This document shows positions 36,435 through 47,095 of a DNA stretch of 64,000 nt, one piece after another. The first letter of the stretch is position 1, and the number at the start of each line of letters is the position of its first letter. Made by a program: the position numbers and the translations under genes. The notes beneath the pieces were generated by a model. That model was not told where the DNA came from. It saw only the letters and a program-made list of their open reading frames with translations, and searched no databases. The DNA is from Pseudomonadota bacterium. Lineage in GTDB: Bacteria > Pseudomonadota > Gammaproteobacteria > Pseudomonadales > JADFDG01. The DNA lies in the NCBI GenBank assembly GCA_049324475.1, contig JBMOOO010000012.1:4468-68467 (forward strand), read 5' to 3'.

Positions 36435-38255
36435 TCAGTTGAACGCGAAGTGCTCCTTGTCCAGCTGCAGTGTCGCCTTCGTCGGCGACAGCATGGACTC
36501 GGCATGCGCCTGGGCCCGCGGCAGGATGTGCGCGAAGTAGAACTCGGCGGTGGCGATCTTCGCCTGGTAGAACTCCTTCGTCTCCGTGCCATCACCCTTC
36601 GCGATCTTCTCCTGTGCCTTGGCGGCCATCAGCGCCCAGAAGTACGCCATGGTCACGTAGCCGGAATACATCAGGAAGTGGTGCGAGGCGCTGGAGACCA
36701 TCTCGCGGTCTTTCGCAGCCGTCAGCATCACGCGGGTGGTGAGCCAGTTCCACTGGGTGGCCAGCTTCAGCAGTTTCCAGGCGTAGGGGCGGATCTCGCC
36801 GTTGGTGAGATTGCTGCGGCCGAAGGCGAACAGCAGACTGCTGAAATCGCGTACCGCCTTGCCCTTCGTCATCAGCAGGGTCTTGCGGCCGAGCAGGTCC
36901 AGCGCCTGGATGCCGGTGGTGCCTTCGTACAGCGTGGAGATGCGCGCGTCACGCGCGATCTGCTCCATGCCGTGCTCCTTGATGTAGCCGTGGCCACCGA
37001 ACACCTGCATGCCGATGTTGGCGCTTTCCAGACCCATCTCGGTGAGGAAGCCCTTGAGGATCGGCGTCAGGAAGCCGAGCTTGTCGTCCCACTTCTCGTA
37101 CTTGGCCTGGTCCTTCTCGAGGATGCCGTTCACCATGTGGTCGGCGTACTGCGCGGCGAAATACAGCATGGCGCGGCCGCCTTCAGCCACGGCCTTCTGC
37201 GTCAGCAGCATGCGGCGCACGTCGGCGTGGTGGATGATGGCGTCGGCGATCTGGTCCGGCTCCTGCTTGCCGCGCAGCGCGCGCATGGAGCGGCGGTCTT
37301 TCGCATACGCGAGCGCGCCCTGGAAGGATGCTTCGGCGTGTGCCACACCCTGCACGGCGGTGCCGATGCGGGCGCTGTTCATGAAGGTGAACATCGCGTC
37401 CAGGCCCTTGTTCGGCTGTGCGATCAGGTAGCCGGTGGCGCTGTCCATGTTCATCACGCAGGTGGCCGAGGCCTTGATGCCCATCTTGTGTTCGATGGAG
37501 CCGCAGCTGATGCCGTTGCGTGCACCCAGCGAGCCGTCCTTGTTGACCAGGAATTTCGGCACGATGAACAGCGAGATGCCCTTGGTGCCGGCCGGTGCGT
37601 CCGGCAGGCGCGCGAGCACGATGTGGATGATGTTCTCGGCGAGGTCGTGTTCGCCGGCGGAGATGAAGATCTTGGTGCCGGTGATCCTGTAGCTGCCGTC
37701 GGCCTGCGGTTCGGCTTTCGACTTCATCTGGCCGAGGTCGGTGCCGCAGTGCGCTTCGGTCAGGCACATGGTGCCGGTCCAGCGGCCTTCCACCAGCGGC
37801 GGCATGTAGGTGTTCAGCTGCTCTTCGGTGCCGTGCTGCATGATGGTGTTCATCGCGCCCAGCGACAGGCCCGGGTACATGGTGAACGACCAGTTGGCGG
37901 TGCCCATCATTTCCGACTTGATCAGGCCCAGCGACATCGGCATGCCCTGGCCGCCGTACTCCTGCGGATGCGAGAGGCCCTGCCAGCCGCCCTGCACGTA
38001 CTGGTCGTAGGCAGCCTTGAAGCCTTTCGGCGTTTTCACCTCGCCGTTGTTGAAGTGACAGCCTTCCTCGTCACCCGGCAGGTTGAGCGGTGCCAGCACG
38101 TTCTCGCACAGCTTCGCGCACTCGGCGAGGATGGCTTCGACGGTTTCCGGGTCCGCGTCCTTGCCGTTCGACAGGCCCGCGTAGTGGGTCTTGTAGTCGA
38201 ACATGTCGGTCATCAGGAAGCGCATGTCGCGCAGCGGGGCCTTGTAGGCGGGCAT
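36435..38255 (-). CDS. Acyl-CoA dehydrogenase (long form with C-terminal domain)
   Basis: YKAPLRD, GTMCLTE..CGTD, GTKIFIS, QVFGGHGY and YEGTTGIQ. Confidence 0.95.
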   Translation of the reverse strand: MPAYKAPLRDMRFLMTDMFDYKTHYAGLSNGKDADPETVEAILAECAKLCENVLAPLNLPGDEEGCHFNNGEVKTPKGFKAAYDQYVQGGWQGLSHPQEYGGQGMPMSLGLIKSEMMGTANWSFTMYPGLSLGAMNTIMQHGTEEQLNTYMPPLVEGRWTGTMCLTEAHCGTDLGQMKSKAEPQADGSYRITGTKIFISAGEHDLAENIIHIVLARLPDAPAGTKGISLFIVPKFLVNKDGSLGARNGISCGSIEHKMGIKASATCVMNMDSATGYLIAQPNKGLDAMFTFMNSARIGTAVQGVAHAEASFQGALAYAKDRRSMRALRGKQEPDQIADAIIHHADVRRMLLTQKAVAEGGRAMLYFAAQYADHMVNGILEKDQAKYEKWDDKLGFLTPILKGFLTEMGLESANIGMQVFGGHGYIKEHGMEQIARDARISTLYEGTTGIQALDLLGRKTLLMTKGKAVRDFSSLLFAFGRSNLTNGEIRPYAWKLLKLATQWNWLTTRVMLTAAKDREMVSSASHHFLMYSGYVTMAYFWALMAAKAQEKIAKGDGTETKEFYQAKIATAEFYFAHILPRAQAHAESMLSPTKATLQLDKEHFAFN

Positions 38256-38445
38256 AAGTCACCTCGACAGGTCACGGGCGGGCCGGAAATGCCGGCCCGA
38301 AGCGGCGGCGATTCTGTCACACGGGTCCGTGCCGCAATTGGCCGGATTCGGCACACCCCCGTCAATGCGGTGAATCGACGGCTCCGTCTGGCGTGTATCC
38401 ATAAGCTGAGGCATAAGGACACACTGCCGCCGCCAGGAGCCCGCC

Positions 38446-38931
38446 ATGAACAATCCCTACCAGCCACCCGGCAGCGATCCGTCCGTACCGGACAACACGC
38501 CCGGCCCGCTGTGGAAGGCCGTGCTGTTCGGCGTGCTGGTGGATCTGGGCGGGACCCTGCTCTCGGCCATGGCGCTGCTGTTCGTGACGGCGGTGATCAT
38601 GGCCATGAACGGCGCCAGCGAGGCGGAAATCACCCGCTACAGCCAGACGCTGGACCCCTGGTCGGGGCTCGGGTTGCTGATGACGATGGCCGGCCTGGTC
38701 ATGTCCGTGCTGGGCGGCTACGTCTGCGCACGCACGGCGCGCACGCGCATCTACAAGGCGTCCGCCATTGCCGGTGCGGTCACCTGGATGCTGGCGACGA
38801 TGCTCAGTGCCGGTGTCGAGACCGGGCCGCTGGATCACCTGATGTCGGCAGTGAGTTTTGCGGCGCTGCTGGCCGGCGCGGCGATATACGCGCAGCAGCA
38901 ACGGGCACGGCAGCCGGGCATGAAGGCCTGA
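38446..38931 (+). CDS. Hypothetical membrane protein
   Basis: NPYQPP N-terminus, about 4 TM segments and an AGGAG RBS. Confidence 0.7.
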   Translation: MNNPYQPPGSDPSVPDNTPGPLWKAVLFGVLVDLGGTLLSAMALLFVTAVIMAMNGASEAEITRYSQTLDPWSGLGLLMTMAGLVMSVLGGYVCARTARTRIYKASAIAGAVTWMLATMLSAGVETGPLDHLMSAVSFAALLAGAAIYAQQQRARQPGMKA

Positions 38932-38935
38932 GGCG

Positions 38936-40387
38936 TCAGCGCACCACCGCGTCGCGCGCCTCTTCCCGCCGGCTGCGCTGCTGCTCCACCAGCTTGTACG
39001 CCAGGTAGTACTTGGCGATGTTGGCAACATAGCGTACCGGCTCCACGCCGATGACTTCGCCCGCGGTGCGCTCGACGTTGTCGAACCACACATTCGGGTC
39101 CAGCCCGCGCTGCGCCGCCAGCCGGCGCGCCTTGCCGAGATTGCCCGGCCCCGCGTTGTAGCCGGCGAAGGACAGCAGCGTGCGGTTGTAGGCGTCCATC
39201 TGCGGGTCGCGCAGGTAACGGTCCGCGATTTCGCGCAGGTACTTCACGCCGGCGTGAATGTTGGCTTCCGTTTTCGTGATGTCGCCCACCTGCATCGCGC
39301 GACCGGTGCGCGGCAGCACTTGCATGATGCCGATGGCACCTTCGGCGCTGCGTGCATTCTGGTCGAGGCCGGATTCCTGGAAAGCCTGCGCGGTGATCAG
39401 CAGCGGGTCGAAGTCGTACTGCGCCGCGTACTTGCGGAACAGGCCGATCACCGCGTCGTAGCGGGCGATCTCGCGGTCGGCCAGCGGCTGGCCGATGCGG
39501 CTGTTGGCGCCGTAATAGCGGTTGGCCAGGATGTTGCCGAATTCGGTGCCGATACGGTGCCCGCGCACGAATTCGTTGATCAGCGCGCGCAGTTCCGGCG
39601 TGCCCTTGCGCACGCCCCAGGCCAGGGTGGCGTTCTCGCGCAGCGTGGCCTGTTCCACGCGGATGCCGGGCAGTGTCGGCGCCCACAGTGCCACCTTGTA
39701 GTCATCGACCACGGTGCGCTCGACAATGCCGGCATCCAGCATTTCGAGGATGTCCTCGTCTTCCAGATGCTCGTCCGCGTAACGGATGGTCACCGGCGCC
39801 TTGCCCATGGCCACCAGCCCGCCGTTGAGCATGTCGAGGCTGGCGGCATAGCTGCTGGAGGCCCGTACGAACACGGTCGAGCCGGCGAGATCGTAGCGGT
39901 CCTGCACCAGTGGCGTGGCGCGGCCGCTCACCGCCACCTCATTGGCCCCGGTGTAGATGGCTTCGGTGAAGTCGATGCGCGCGGCGCGTTCGGGTGTGAC
40001 GGTGAGCCCGGCCACCGCGAGATCGGCCCTGCCCTGCTCCAGCATGGTGAGCAGCTCGCGGCGCGACACCGGTATCACCACGATGTGTATCGGCCGCAGG
40101 ACGCGCTTGTAGCGCTTGTTCAGCCAGCGTTCGAGCTCGTGGATGGAGTCGTACGCAATGCCGCGCTGGCGACCCTTGTCGAGGAAGTAGTCGGTGCGGC
40201 TCCAGGCGACCACGGCACGGATCTGGCGGCGTTTGACCAGACCGTCGAGATCGTCGTCGATGCGGGCGTCGACATACTCGCGCACCGGTGCCGGCGTGAT
40301 GGCGGCCGTATCGACAGCAAGACCCGGCGTGGCCGGCAGCAGGCCGGCCAGCAGGAGGATCGGGGCAGCGGACATCCAGGTACGCAT
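38936..40387 (-). CDS. MltF-like lytic transglycosylase (family 3 SBP + SLT domain)
   Basis: ADLAVAGLTVTPER SBP motif; QESG, GIMQV and YNAG SLT motifs. Confidence 0.88.
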   Translation of the reverse strand: MRTWMSAAPILLLAGLLPATPGLAVDTAAITPAPVREYVDARIDDDLDGLVKRRQIRAVVAWSRTDYFLDKGRQRGIAYDSIHELERWLNKRYKRVLRPIHIVVIPVSRRELLTMLEQGRADLAVAGLTVTPERAARIDFTEAIYTGANEVAVSGRATPLVQDRYDLAGSTVFVRASSSYAASLDMLNGGLVAMGKAPVTIRYADEHLEDEDILEMLDAGIVERTVVDDYKVALWAPTLPGIRVEQATLRENATLAWGVRKGTPELRALINEFVRGHRIGTEFGNILANRYYGANSRIGQPLADREIARYDAVIGLFRKYAAQYDFDPLLITAQAFQESGLDQNARSAEGAIGIMQVLPRTGRAMQVGDITKTEANIHAGVKYLREIADRYLRDPQMDAYNRTLLSFAGYNAGPGNLGKARRLAAQRGLDPNVWFDNVERTAGEVIGVEPVRYVANIAKYYLAYKLVEQQRSRREEARDAVVR

Positions 40388-40462
40388 GCCCCGACCTTAC
40401 CGCAACTTCGTTTGCACCGGCGTACCCTCCGGACGCGCGTGCGCCCGGAGGGGTGCCATCGG

Positions 40463-41884
40463 TCAGAGCATACGCACCAGCGTGGTGGTGCCTTCGCCGG
40501 CCACGGTGATTTCCAGCGTATCCAGGGCGCGGCTGGCACCCGGGATGAATTCCAGCGTGTGGGTGCCTTCCGGCAGCGAGCTCAGGCCGGCCGTGCCGTT
40601 GCCGTCGAACACGAGATAGTTGACGGACAGGTCGCAGCTGTTGCCGGTGAAATCGCAGTCGAGGTAGCCGTGCTCCACGCCGTTGTCCTCGTCGTTCTCG
40701 CTGACCATGGTCGGCGTGACGCCGAACGAGGCAATGTAGTACTGGATGTCGCCCTCAACGGTGTTGAGCAGGGCCACGAAGCTGGCCTCGCCTTCCACCT
40801 GCCACAGGCCGAACGCCGGGTTGCTGCCGTTGTCGGTCACGCGGGTGAACACGGAGATGCATTCCTCGCCGCAATTCTGCGGCGGTGTGGTGCCGTCGTC
40901 CTCGTCGTGGTTCTCGTAGGCATAGCCGGTGAACGTGCTGGCGGTGGCGATGAACTCGATCCAGCCCTCGACCGGGTCGCTGCCGAAGCCTTCACCGGTA
41001 TCCAGCAGGCCGGAGGAGCCGGTGCTGTCGTCGGTGACAAAGCCTTCGCAGTCCTCGCAGGGGCCGGTCAGCAGGATGCCGGTGCCGGTATCGAAGTCGA
41101 TCTGCCCGAAGTCGGCACCCTCGCGGCAGTCGCCGGTGGTGTATTCGTCGAAGGCCTGATCGCCCTGCGCTTCATAGCCGGTGCCGCAGTTGGTGTCGTC
41201 GAAGTTGATGAACTGCAGGTCTTCGGTGATGCCGAGCAGGAAGCCTCGTGCTCCGTCCTGGCGCAGCCAGAAGCCGCGCATGGCGGTCTTCGTGAAGTGG
41301 AATTGCGCCGCCTCGGCGTCCACCAGCGCATCGATGTCGGCGTCGTCGAACACCGCGACCAGGGCCGCGTTGTCCTCGAAGGTTTCCGCGGTGTCGGCCA
41401 GGCTGTCCGCGATGTCTGCGAGCACTTCTGCCGTGGCGTTGGTGGCGGTGAAGAAGGCCTGGGTGGCCGGCGTGATGGTGATGCCGTTGTCCGGATTGCC
41501 GTCGCTGTCCAGCGTCTGCAGCAGGCGGATCACGTTCAGGGTGAAGTTGTCGCGGTCCCCGGCGCTTTCGTATTCGGCCAGTGCCACGTCGACCGGCGTG
41601 ATGGTTTCCGCACCGGTGACCGCACCCAGCGGCAGGTCGCCGATGTAGAAAGTGACGGTGTCGCCCGCGCGGTACCGGAATTCGCCGGCGGTGTTGGTGA
41701 GGCCTCTCAGGCCGCTGGGCTCGGCCTGGTAGCGCAGGCCCTGCACGGCGCTGTCGACGAAGCTGCCGGTGAGGCTGCCCGCCGAGCCCTTGTCGTCGTC
41801 ACAACCCGTCAGCAGGGCGGCCAGAAGGACAAGGGGAGAAGCCAGCGCGGCTGCGCCGGTCTTCCGGAGATCCGGGAATTTCAT
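40463..41884 (-). CDS. Acidic lipoprotein of unknown function
   Basis: Lipobox LLTGC, FVDSAVQGLRY...G.FRY..GDTVTF.IG and LQTLDSDGNPDNGI (Ca-loop-like); AGGAG RBS. Confidence 0.75.
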   Translation of the reverse strand: MKFPDLRKTGAAALASPLVLLAALLTGCDDDKGSAGSLTGSFVDSAVQGLRYQAEPSGLRGLTNTAGEFRYRAGDTVTFYIGDLPLGAVTGAETITPVDVALAEYESAGDRDNFTLNVIRLLQTLDSDGNPDNGITITPATQAFFTATNATAEVLADIADSLADTAETFEDNAALVAVFDDADIDALVDAEAAQFHFTKTAMRGFWLRQDGARGFLLGITEDLQFINFDDTNCGTGYEAQGDQAFDEYTTGDCREGADFGQIDFDTGTGILLTGPCEDCEGFVTDDSTGSSGLLDTGEGFGSDPVEGWIEFIATASTFTGYAYENHDEDDGTTPPQNCGEECISVFTRVTDNGSNPAFGLWQVEGEASFVALLNTVEGDIQYYIASFGVTPTMVSENDEDNGVEHGYLDCDFTGNSCDLSVNYLVFDGNGTAGLSSLPEGTHTLEFIPGASRALDTLEITVAGEGTTTLVRML

Positions 41885-42037
41885 GGTGATGCTCCTGATG
41901 CATGACTGCAGGCGCCACACCGAAGACTTCCCTGTTGCGCGTGGCGGTCTTGGCACCGCCGTACCTGGCAATGGGGGAATTATCCGGCGCCGGCATGGTT
42001 TGTCCATGCCGTCACCCGGAACTTGTTCACGCTTTGC

Positions 42038-42772
42038 TCAGAACAGTTTCGAGAAGCGTTCCGGCAGCAGGTTGCCGAGAACGAGCATCGGTTTCCACGG
42101 CCACCAGGGCACGATCACGCTGCCCTTCTTCTTCTCGATGGCGTCCACCATCTGCCGCGCGGCGGCATCGGCCTCGATGATGAACGGATACTTTTCCATG
42201 TCCGGCACCAGCTCGCTCTTGATGAAGCCGGGGTGGATGGCGGTCACCGAGATGCCGTGTTTCTGCAGCTCGATCCCGGCGGCACGCAGCCACATGCTGA
42301 GTGCGGCCTTGGAGGCCGAATAGCTGCCGCTGCCCGGGATCGGCTTGATGCCGGCGATGGACGAGATGCCGACCAGATGGCCGCGCTTCTTCGCGCGGAA
42401 ATACTTCGCGGCGGCATCCAGCGAGGCGATGGCGCCGATCAGGTTGACGGCAAACACTTCCTTGTCCTTGCTGATGTCGCCGGCACCGGTACGGTTGATG
42501 GTGGTGATGCCGGCATTGGCGACGAATACATCGAGATCGCCGAGCTTTTCGCGCAGCGCATCGACGGCAGCGTGCACCGTGGTGTCGTTGGCCACATCGA
42601 CCGCACCCAGCTCCACTTTCACGCCCTTGCCGCGCAGCTCCTGCGCCAGCGTTTCCAGACGATCGACACGGCGCGCCATCAGGCCGACGTTGTAGCCGCG
42701 GGATGCGAATTCGCGCGCCAGTGCGGCGCCGATGCCGCTGGAAGCGCCGGTGATGATCACGGTCTTGCCCAT
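42038..42772 (-). CDS. SDR family oxidoreductase
   Basis: TGASSGIG, ANAG and YSASK. Confidence 0.9.
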   Translation of the reverse strand: MGKTVIITGASSGIGAALAREFASRGYNVGLMARRVDRLETLAQELRGKGVKVELGAVDVANDTTVHAAVDALREKLGDLDVFVANAGITTINRTGAGDISKDKEVFAVNLIGAIASLDAAAKYFRAKKRGHLVGISSIAGIKPIPGSGSYSASKAALSMWLRAAGIELQKHGISVTAIHPGFIKSELVPDMEKYPFIIEADAAARQMVDAIEKKKGSVIVPWWPWKPMLVLGNLLPERFSKLF

Positions 42773-42931
42773 GGGAATCTCCCGGTAGTCCCTTGTGTGC
42801 GGCCCGCACCTTAGCATGGCCGGACACGCCGCGATCCGGGTGTCACATCCTGAAACGGCTTGCCCGCGGACGTGGCGTCGTCCGCGGTACACAGAACCGG
42901 GCTGCCGTATATCCCCGCCGGGGCGGGCCCT

Positions 42932-43699
42932 TCAGCGCGCGGTGAACCCGCCGTCCACGGCCAGCGCCTGGCCGGTGATGAAGGAGGCCCGCGCCGAGCA
43001 GAGATACACGGCTGCGTCCGCCACTTCCTGCGCGTTGCCCATGCGGTTCATCGGATGCAGGGCCACCATGGCCGCCTCGCCGGCGGGGTCGCGGCGGGTG
43101 ACGCGATCGATCATTTCCGTGCGGATGGCACCGGGGCAGATCGCATTCACCCGCACGCCGGCGGTTGCATATTCCAGGGCGGCCGTACGCGTGAGCTGGA
43201 CGACGCCGCCCTTCGATGCGCAGTACGCCGGCAGCCCGGCAAAGCCGATCAGGCCGGCCACGGAGGCGATGTTGACGACGGCGCCGTGTCCGGCCTGCGA
43301 CATGATCTTCATCTGCTCGCGCAGGCAGAGGAAAAGCCCGCGCAGGTTGATGTCGAGCACGCGGTCGAAGTTGTCCAGGCTGCAGTCGCCGGTCGGCGCC
43401 GGTTCGCCCTCGACGCCGGCGTTGTTGCAGGCGATATCCAGCCGCCCCTGGCGCGCGAGTATGTCGCGGTGCAGGGCCGCCACCTGGTCCGGATCGGCGA
43501 CGTCGCAGGCGATGAACTGCGCATCACCGTATGTACGGATCTGTGCGGCGGCCTGCTCGCCGCGTGCCCGGTCACGGTCGGACAGCACGACACGGCAGCC
43601 GGCCTGCGCGAATGCCTGTGCGGTGGCAAGGCCGATGCCGGTGGCGGCGCCGGTCACCAGGGCAACGGCGCCGGCAGGGAAAGGTGCGGGTGCGGACAT
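42932..43699 (-). CDS. SDR family oxidoreductase (glucose 1-dehydrogenase-like)
   Basis: TGAATGIG, NNAG, YCASK and VDGG. Confidence 0.9.
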   Translation of the reverse strand: MSAPAPFPAGAVALVTGAATGIGLATAQAFAQAGCRVVLSDRDRARGEQAAAQIRTYGDAQFIACDVADPDQVAALHRDILARQGRLDIACNNAGVEGEPAPTGDCSLDNFDRVLDINLRGLFLCLREQMKIMSQAGHGAVVNIASVAGLIGFAGLPAYCASKGGVVQLTRTAALEYATAGVRVNAICPGAIRTEMIDRVTRRDPAGEAAMVALHPMNRMGNAQEVADAAVYLCSARASFITGQALAVDGGFTAR

Positions 43700-43816
43700 G
43701 TCGTGTCTCCGGCGGCGACGGGAGTCCATGCTGGCACGGCGTACCGGCTGCGGTATTGACCTGCCGCAGCATCCGCCGGGTGTGGCGGCGGCGCGGAGCC
43801 GTGCCGGAAGGCGTTC

Positions 43817-44821
43817 CTACAGGGGCAGCTGCCGCCGCAGGCGTGCCGGCGTGTTGCCGGTCCAGCGGCGGAAGGCGCGGTTGAATGCGCTCTGCTCGGA
43901 AAAGCCGAGCAGCAGTGCGATGTCGGTCATCGACAGCGCACGGTCGCCCAGGTAACTGCGGGCCAGTTCGGTACGGATGCGATCCAGGAATTGCTGGAAG
44001 GTGAGCCCGCGTTCGGCCAGCCGGCGCTGTACGGTGCGCGGCGCCGCACCCAGTTCCCGTGCGGCGCGCGGCAGAGTGGCGTTGCCGTCCGGCAGCAGAC
44101 GCAGCAGCACCTGCTGCAGCGCGCGCTGGAACGCGTCGGCATCGGGGGCGGCGGCCAGCAGGGCGCGCGCCTGCCGGCCCAGCAGCTCGCGCAGTCCGGG
44201 ATCGGAATGCGGCATGGGAATGGCGAGGTAACTCACCGGGAAACGCACCCGCGTGTGGGTGTCGCCGAACTGCACCGGGCAGCCGAAGAATGCTTCATAC
44301 AGCGCGCGCGCGGCATCCGTGGCCGGTGCCGGGTGCACGAAGGACACCAGCGCCGGCGGCGGCGGATCGTCCACCTGCCGGCGCAGGAACGCGACCAGCG
44401 CCGCAATGCCGACCGTGTCGCCGTCGAGGTCGCCGATGCTGTCTTCGGCGCGCCAGCGGATTTCCACATGACCGTCGGCAGCGCCGACCTCGGCGATGTC
44501 CACGCCGTAGAACAGCCGCTCGTAGTGCTGGTAGGCGAGCATGGCTTCGCCCACCGTGTTGCTGGCCAGGACCAGATAGCCCAGCACGCCGACATGACGC
44601 GGCTGCACGCCGGCGCCGATGGCCAGCCCCGGCGCCGGCATGCCCGGTTTCAGGGTCACCGCGCGCGCGAGCAGGGCCCGCCATTCCGGCAACGGAACCA
44701 CGTCGTCGGGCGCGTAGCCGGCCAGGGCCGCCCGCACGCCGGGGGCGGCCAGCCCTTCCCGGTCCAGCCAGTCGCCAAGGATGCCGGTCCAGGCACCGGT
44801 GACCCGCATGGCACCTGCCAT
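43817..44821 (-). CDS. AraC family regulator (OruR/ArgR-like)
   Basis: C-terminal RTVQRRL and IALLLGFSEQSAFNRAFRRWTG; the start is uncertain. Confidence 0.9.
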   Translation of the reverse strand: MAGAMRVTGAWTGILGDWLDREGLAAPGVRAALAGYAPDDVVPLPEWRALLARAVTLKPGMPAPGLAIGAGVQPRHVGVLGYLVLASNTVGEAMLAYQHYERLFYGVDIAEVGAADGHVEIRWRAEDSIGDLDGDTVGIAALVAFLRRQVDDPPPPALVSFVHPAPATDAARALYEAFFGCPVQFGDTHTRVRFPVSYLAIPMPHSDPGLRELLGRQARALLAAAPDADAFQRALQQVLLRLLPDGNATLPRAARELGAAPRTVQRRLAERGLTFQQFLDRIRTELARSYLGDRALSMTDIALLLGFSEQSAFNRAFRRWTGNTPARLRRQLPL

Positions 44822-44939
44822 GAGCACGCTCCGTCGATCGGATGGCGTTGATTGTCAAAAGACTGGCGCAGATGGTCAATAAGCCCGGACCTGCCCGGGA
44901 CAGACTTCCGGCATCACAACAAGAAGCGGGGATACCCCC

Positions 44940-45962
44940 ATGAGCCTCGAGACCCTGAGCCTTGCCCTGACCGACCTGCTGGCCCGCTCCGGCCTGGCGG
45001 ACCTGTGGAGCACCGTTGCCCCGCTGCTGGCGCTGGACGCGCGCCAGGCCATCTTCGTGGTGGCCTCGCCGGTGTTCATCGGGCTGGCGCTGTGGGAGTA
45101 CCGGAAGATCCGCCACGATCCGCGCCTCACCGAGGCGAAGGAATCGATCCGCAACTTTTTCCTCGGTGCCGGCTACCAGACCACCGAGCTGCTGTTCGCG
45201 GGCATCATCGCCTTCCCGGTGTTCGCGCTGGCGTATCACTTCCGCATTGCCACCATCGAGCTCACCTGGCTTTCCGGTCTCGCGCTGTTTGTTGCCTTCG
45301 AATTCCTCTTCTACTGGATGCACCGCTTCAGCCACCGCGTGCGCTGGTTCTGGTGCGCGCACGTGGTGCACCACTCGTCCGAGCGCATGAACCTGTCGAC
45401 GGCGATGCGCCAGAACGCCACCAACATCTTCAACGGCGGCTGGCTGCTGTTCGTGCCGCTGGCCTTCATCGGCTTCAATCCGGTGTGGATCGGCATCGTG
45501 TTTGCCCTCGATCTGGTCTACCAGTTCTTCATCCACACCACGCTGGTGGGCAAGCTGCACCCGGCGATCGAGTTTGTGTTCAACACGCCCAGCCACCACC
45601 GTGCGCATCACGGACGCAACGAGCGCTACATCGACAAGAACTACGGCGGCGTGCTGATCATCTTCGACCGCCTGTTCGGCACCTTCGAGGAAGAGCGTGA
45701 GGACGAGCCGGTGGAATACGGCATCCTGCGCCAGGTGCATACCGAAAGCCTGGTGAAGAGCTGGACGCACGAATACGTCGACATGGCGCGGGACATGCGG
45801 AAACCGGGCCCGCTGCTGCAGCGCCTGAAGCATCTGTGGATGCCGCCTGAATGGGAGCGCGGAGCGCGAGGCGAACCGCAGCGCGGAGCGCGAGAGGACC
45901 GGCAGCGCGGCGACGATGCGGCCGGAGAACCCGGCACCGTGCCGGTGCCGGCCCGGCAGTAA
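44940..45962 (+). CDS. Sterol desaturase/fatty acid hydroxylase family (alkylglycerol monooxygenase-like)
   Basis: His boxes HRFSH, HVVHH, FIHT and HHRAHH; NYGG.LIIFDRLFGT. Confidence 0.88.
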   Translation: MSLETLSLALTDLLARSGLADLWSTVAPLLALDARQAIFVVASPVFIGLALWEYRKIRHDPRLTEAKESIRNFFLGAGYQTTELLFAGIIAFPVFALAYHFRIATIELTWLSGLALFVAFEFLFYWMHRFSHRVRWFWCAHVVHHSSERMNLSTAMRQNATNIFNGGWLLFVPLAFIGFNPVWIGIVFALDLVYQFFIHTTLVGKLHPAIEFVFNTPSHHRAHHGRNERYIDKNYGGVLIIFDRLFGTFEEEREDEPVEYGILRQVHTESLVKSWTHEYVDMARDMRKPGPLLQRLKHLWMPPEWERGARGEPQRGAREDRQRGDDAAGEPGTVPVPARQ

Positions 45963-46099
45963 GCGCCGCGCCCCGCATGTGCGGGGCCGCAAATACGGCG
46001 GGCGGCAATGACAGCGGTGCCGGAACAATGGCACCCTTCGGCTCCGTGATCCGTTGCCGGCGAGGGCGACGGGCACCACACCGATTCCCGGAGCCCGCC

Positions 46100-47095
46100 A
46101 TGACGACCGTGCTGAGCCGTTCCCTGATCGCCCTGCCTGCCCTGCTGCTGGCCGGTGCCGCCCTTGCCGCCGAGGACAAGTGGCAGGTCACCACCAAAAT
46201 GGAAATGGTCGGCATGCCGTTCCAGATGCCGGCGCAGGCCCAGACCATCTGCGTGCCGCCGGGGCAGGCCACCAGCGAGAAAATGGTGCCGGCCAAGGAG
46301 AACTGCAAGATCTCCGGCTTCAAGACCACCGGCAACACCAGCCGCTTCCACGTGGAATGCCCGCCCCCGGAAAAAATGAGCGGCGACGGCGAATTCACCG
46401 TGCTGGGCCCGGATTCCTACAAGGGCAGCATGGCCATCAAGGGCGTGATGGAGGGCGAGCCGGTCGACATGAAGATGAGCTGGACCGGCAAGAAGCTCGG
46501 CCAGTGCGATGCGGTGAAGGACAAGGCCATCAGCGTGACCGCCATCCAGCAGCAGCAACAGGCGCAGGTTGGACAGATGTGCGCGCAGCTGGCCGACGGC
46601 ATGGGCTGGCAGACGGCGCAGCACATGGAGCCGTCCTGCCCGACCATCAAGGCCGACATCTGCAAGCGTGCAAAAACCCTGTTCGACGGCCCGAAGAAAT
46701 CCGATGCCGTGCTCGACATGCAGGAAAAACGCGGCGACTGGAAAGAGCTGGCCGGTTACTGCGGCATCGATGTCGTGCCGCTGACCGCGAAGTACTGCAC
46801 CATGGCCAAGAAAGAACAGAACTGGAACAACGCAGCGCTGGTCTGCGGCAAGGATGCGGAACTGGAGGCGCTGGCGAAGAAAGAGTGCACCGGCAAGATG
46901 TACACGGCCGGGCTCGTTGAAGACAAATACCAGTCGCTGTGCGCACGCTATGCCGACATGGTCGACCCGGGCTCGGCACCGAAGTCGTCCGGCAGCACGA
47001 AATCCGCCGGTGGCAGCACCGGCAACACGACCATCGATACCGGCAAGAAGGCGGTGGAAGGCTTCAAGAAACTGAAAGGCTTCCTCGGCAACTGA
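46100..47095 (+). CDS. Secreted DUF3617-like protein with a Cys-rich helical extension
   Basis: Signal peptide, WQVTTKM...C...C...GKKLGQC; many Cys; Ser/Thr/Gly-rich tail. Confidence 0.7.
   Translation: MTTVLSRSLIALPALLLAGAALAAEDKWQVTTKMEMVGMPFQMPAQAQTICVPPGQATSEKMVPAKENCKISGFKTTGNTSRFHVECPPPEKMSGDGEFTVLGPDSYKGSMAIKGVMEGEPVDMKMSWTGKKLGQCDAVKDKAISVTAIQQQQQAQVGQMCAQLADGMGWQTAQHMEPSCPTIKADICKRAKTLFDGPKKSDAVLDMQEKRGDWKELAGYCGIDVVPLTAKYCTMAKKEQNWNNAALVCGKDAELEALAKKECTGKMYTAGLVEDKYQSLCARYADMVDPGSAPKSSGSTKSAGGSTGNTTIDTGKKAVEGFKKLKGFLGN

Noticed and set aside
36024-41905. Long + strand ORFs 36024..39008 and 39254..41905
   Set aside because: Antisense shadows of the acyl-CoA dehydrogenase, MltF-like and lipoprotein genes.
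45968-45987. GCCCCGC-ATGT-GCGGGGC hairpin after the desaturase gene
   Set aside because: There is no U-tract, and the only similar hairpin is the terminator at 23233; too little to call a terminator or a REP family.
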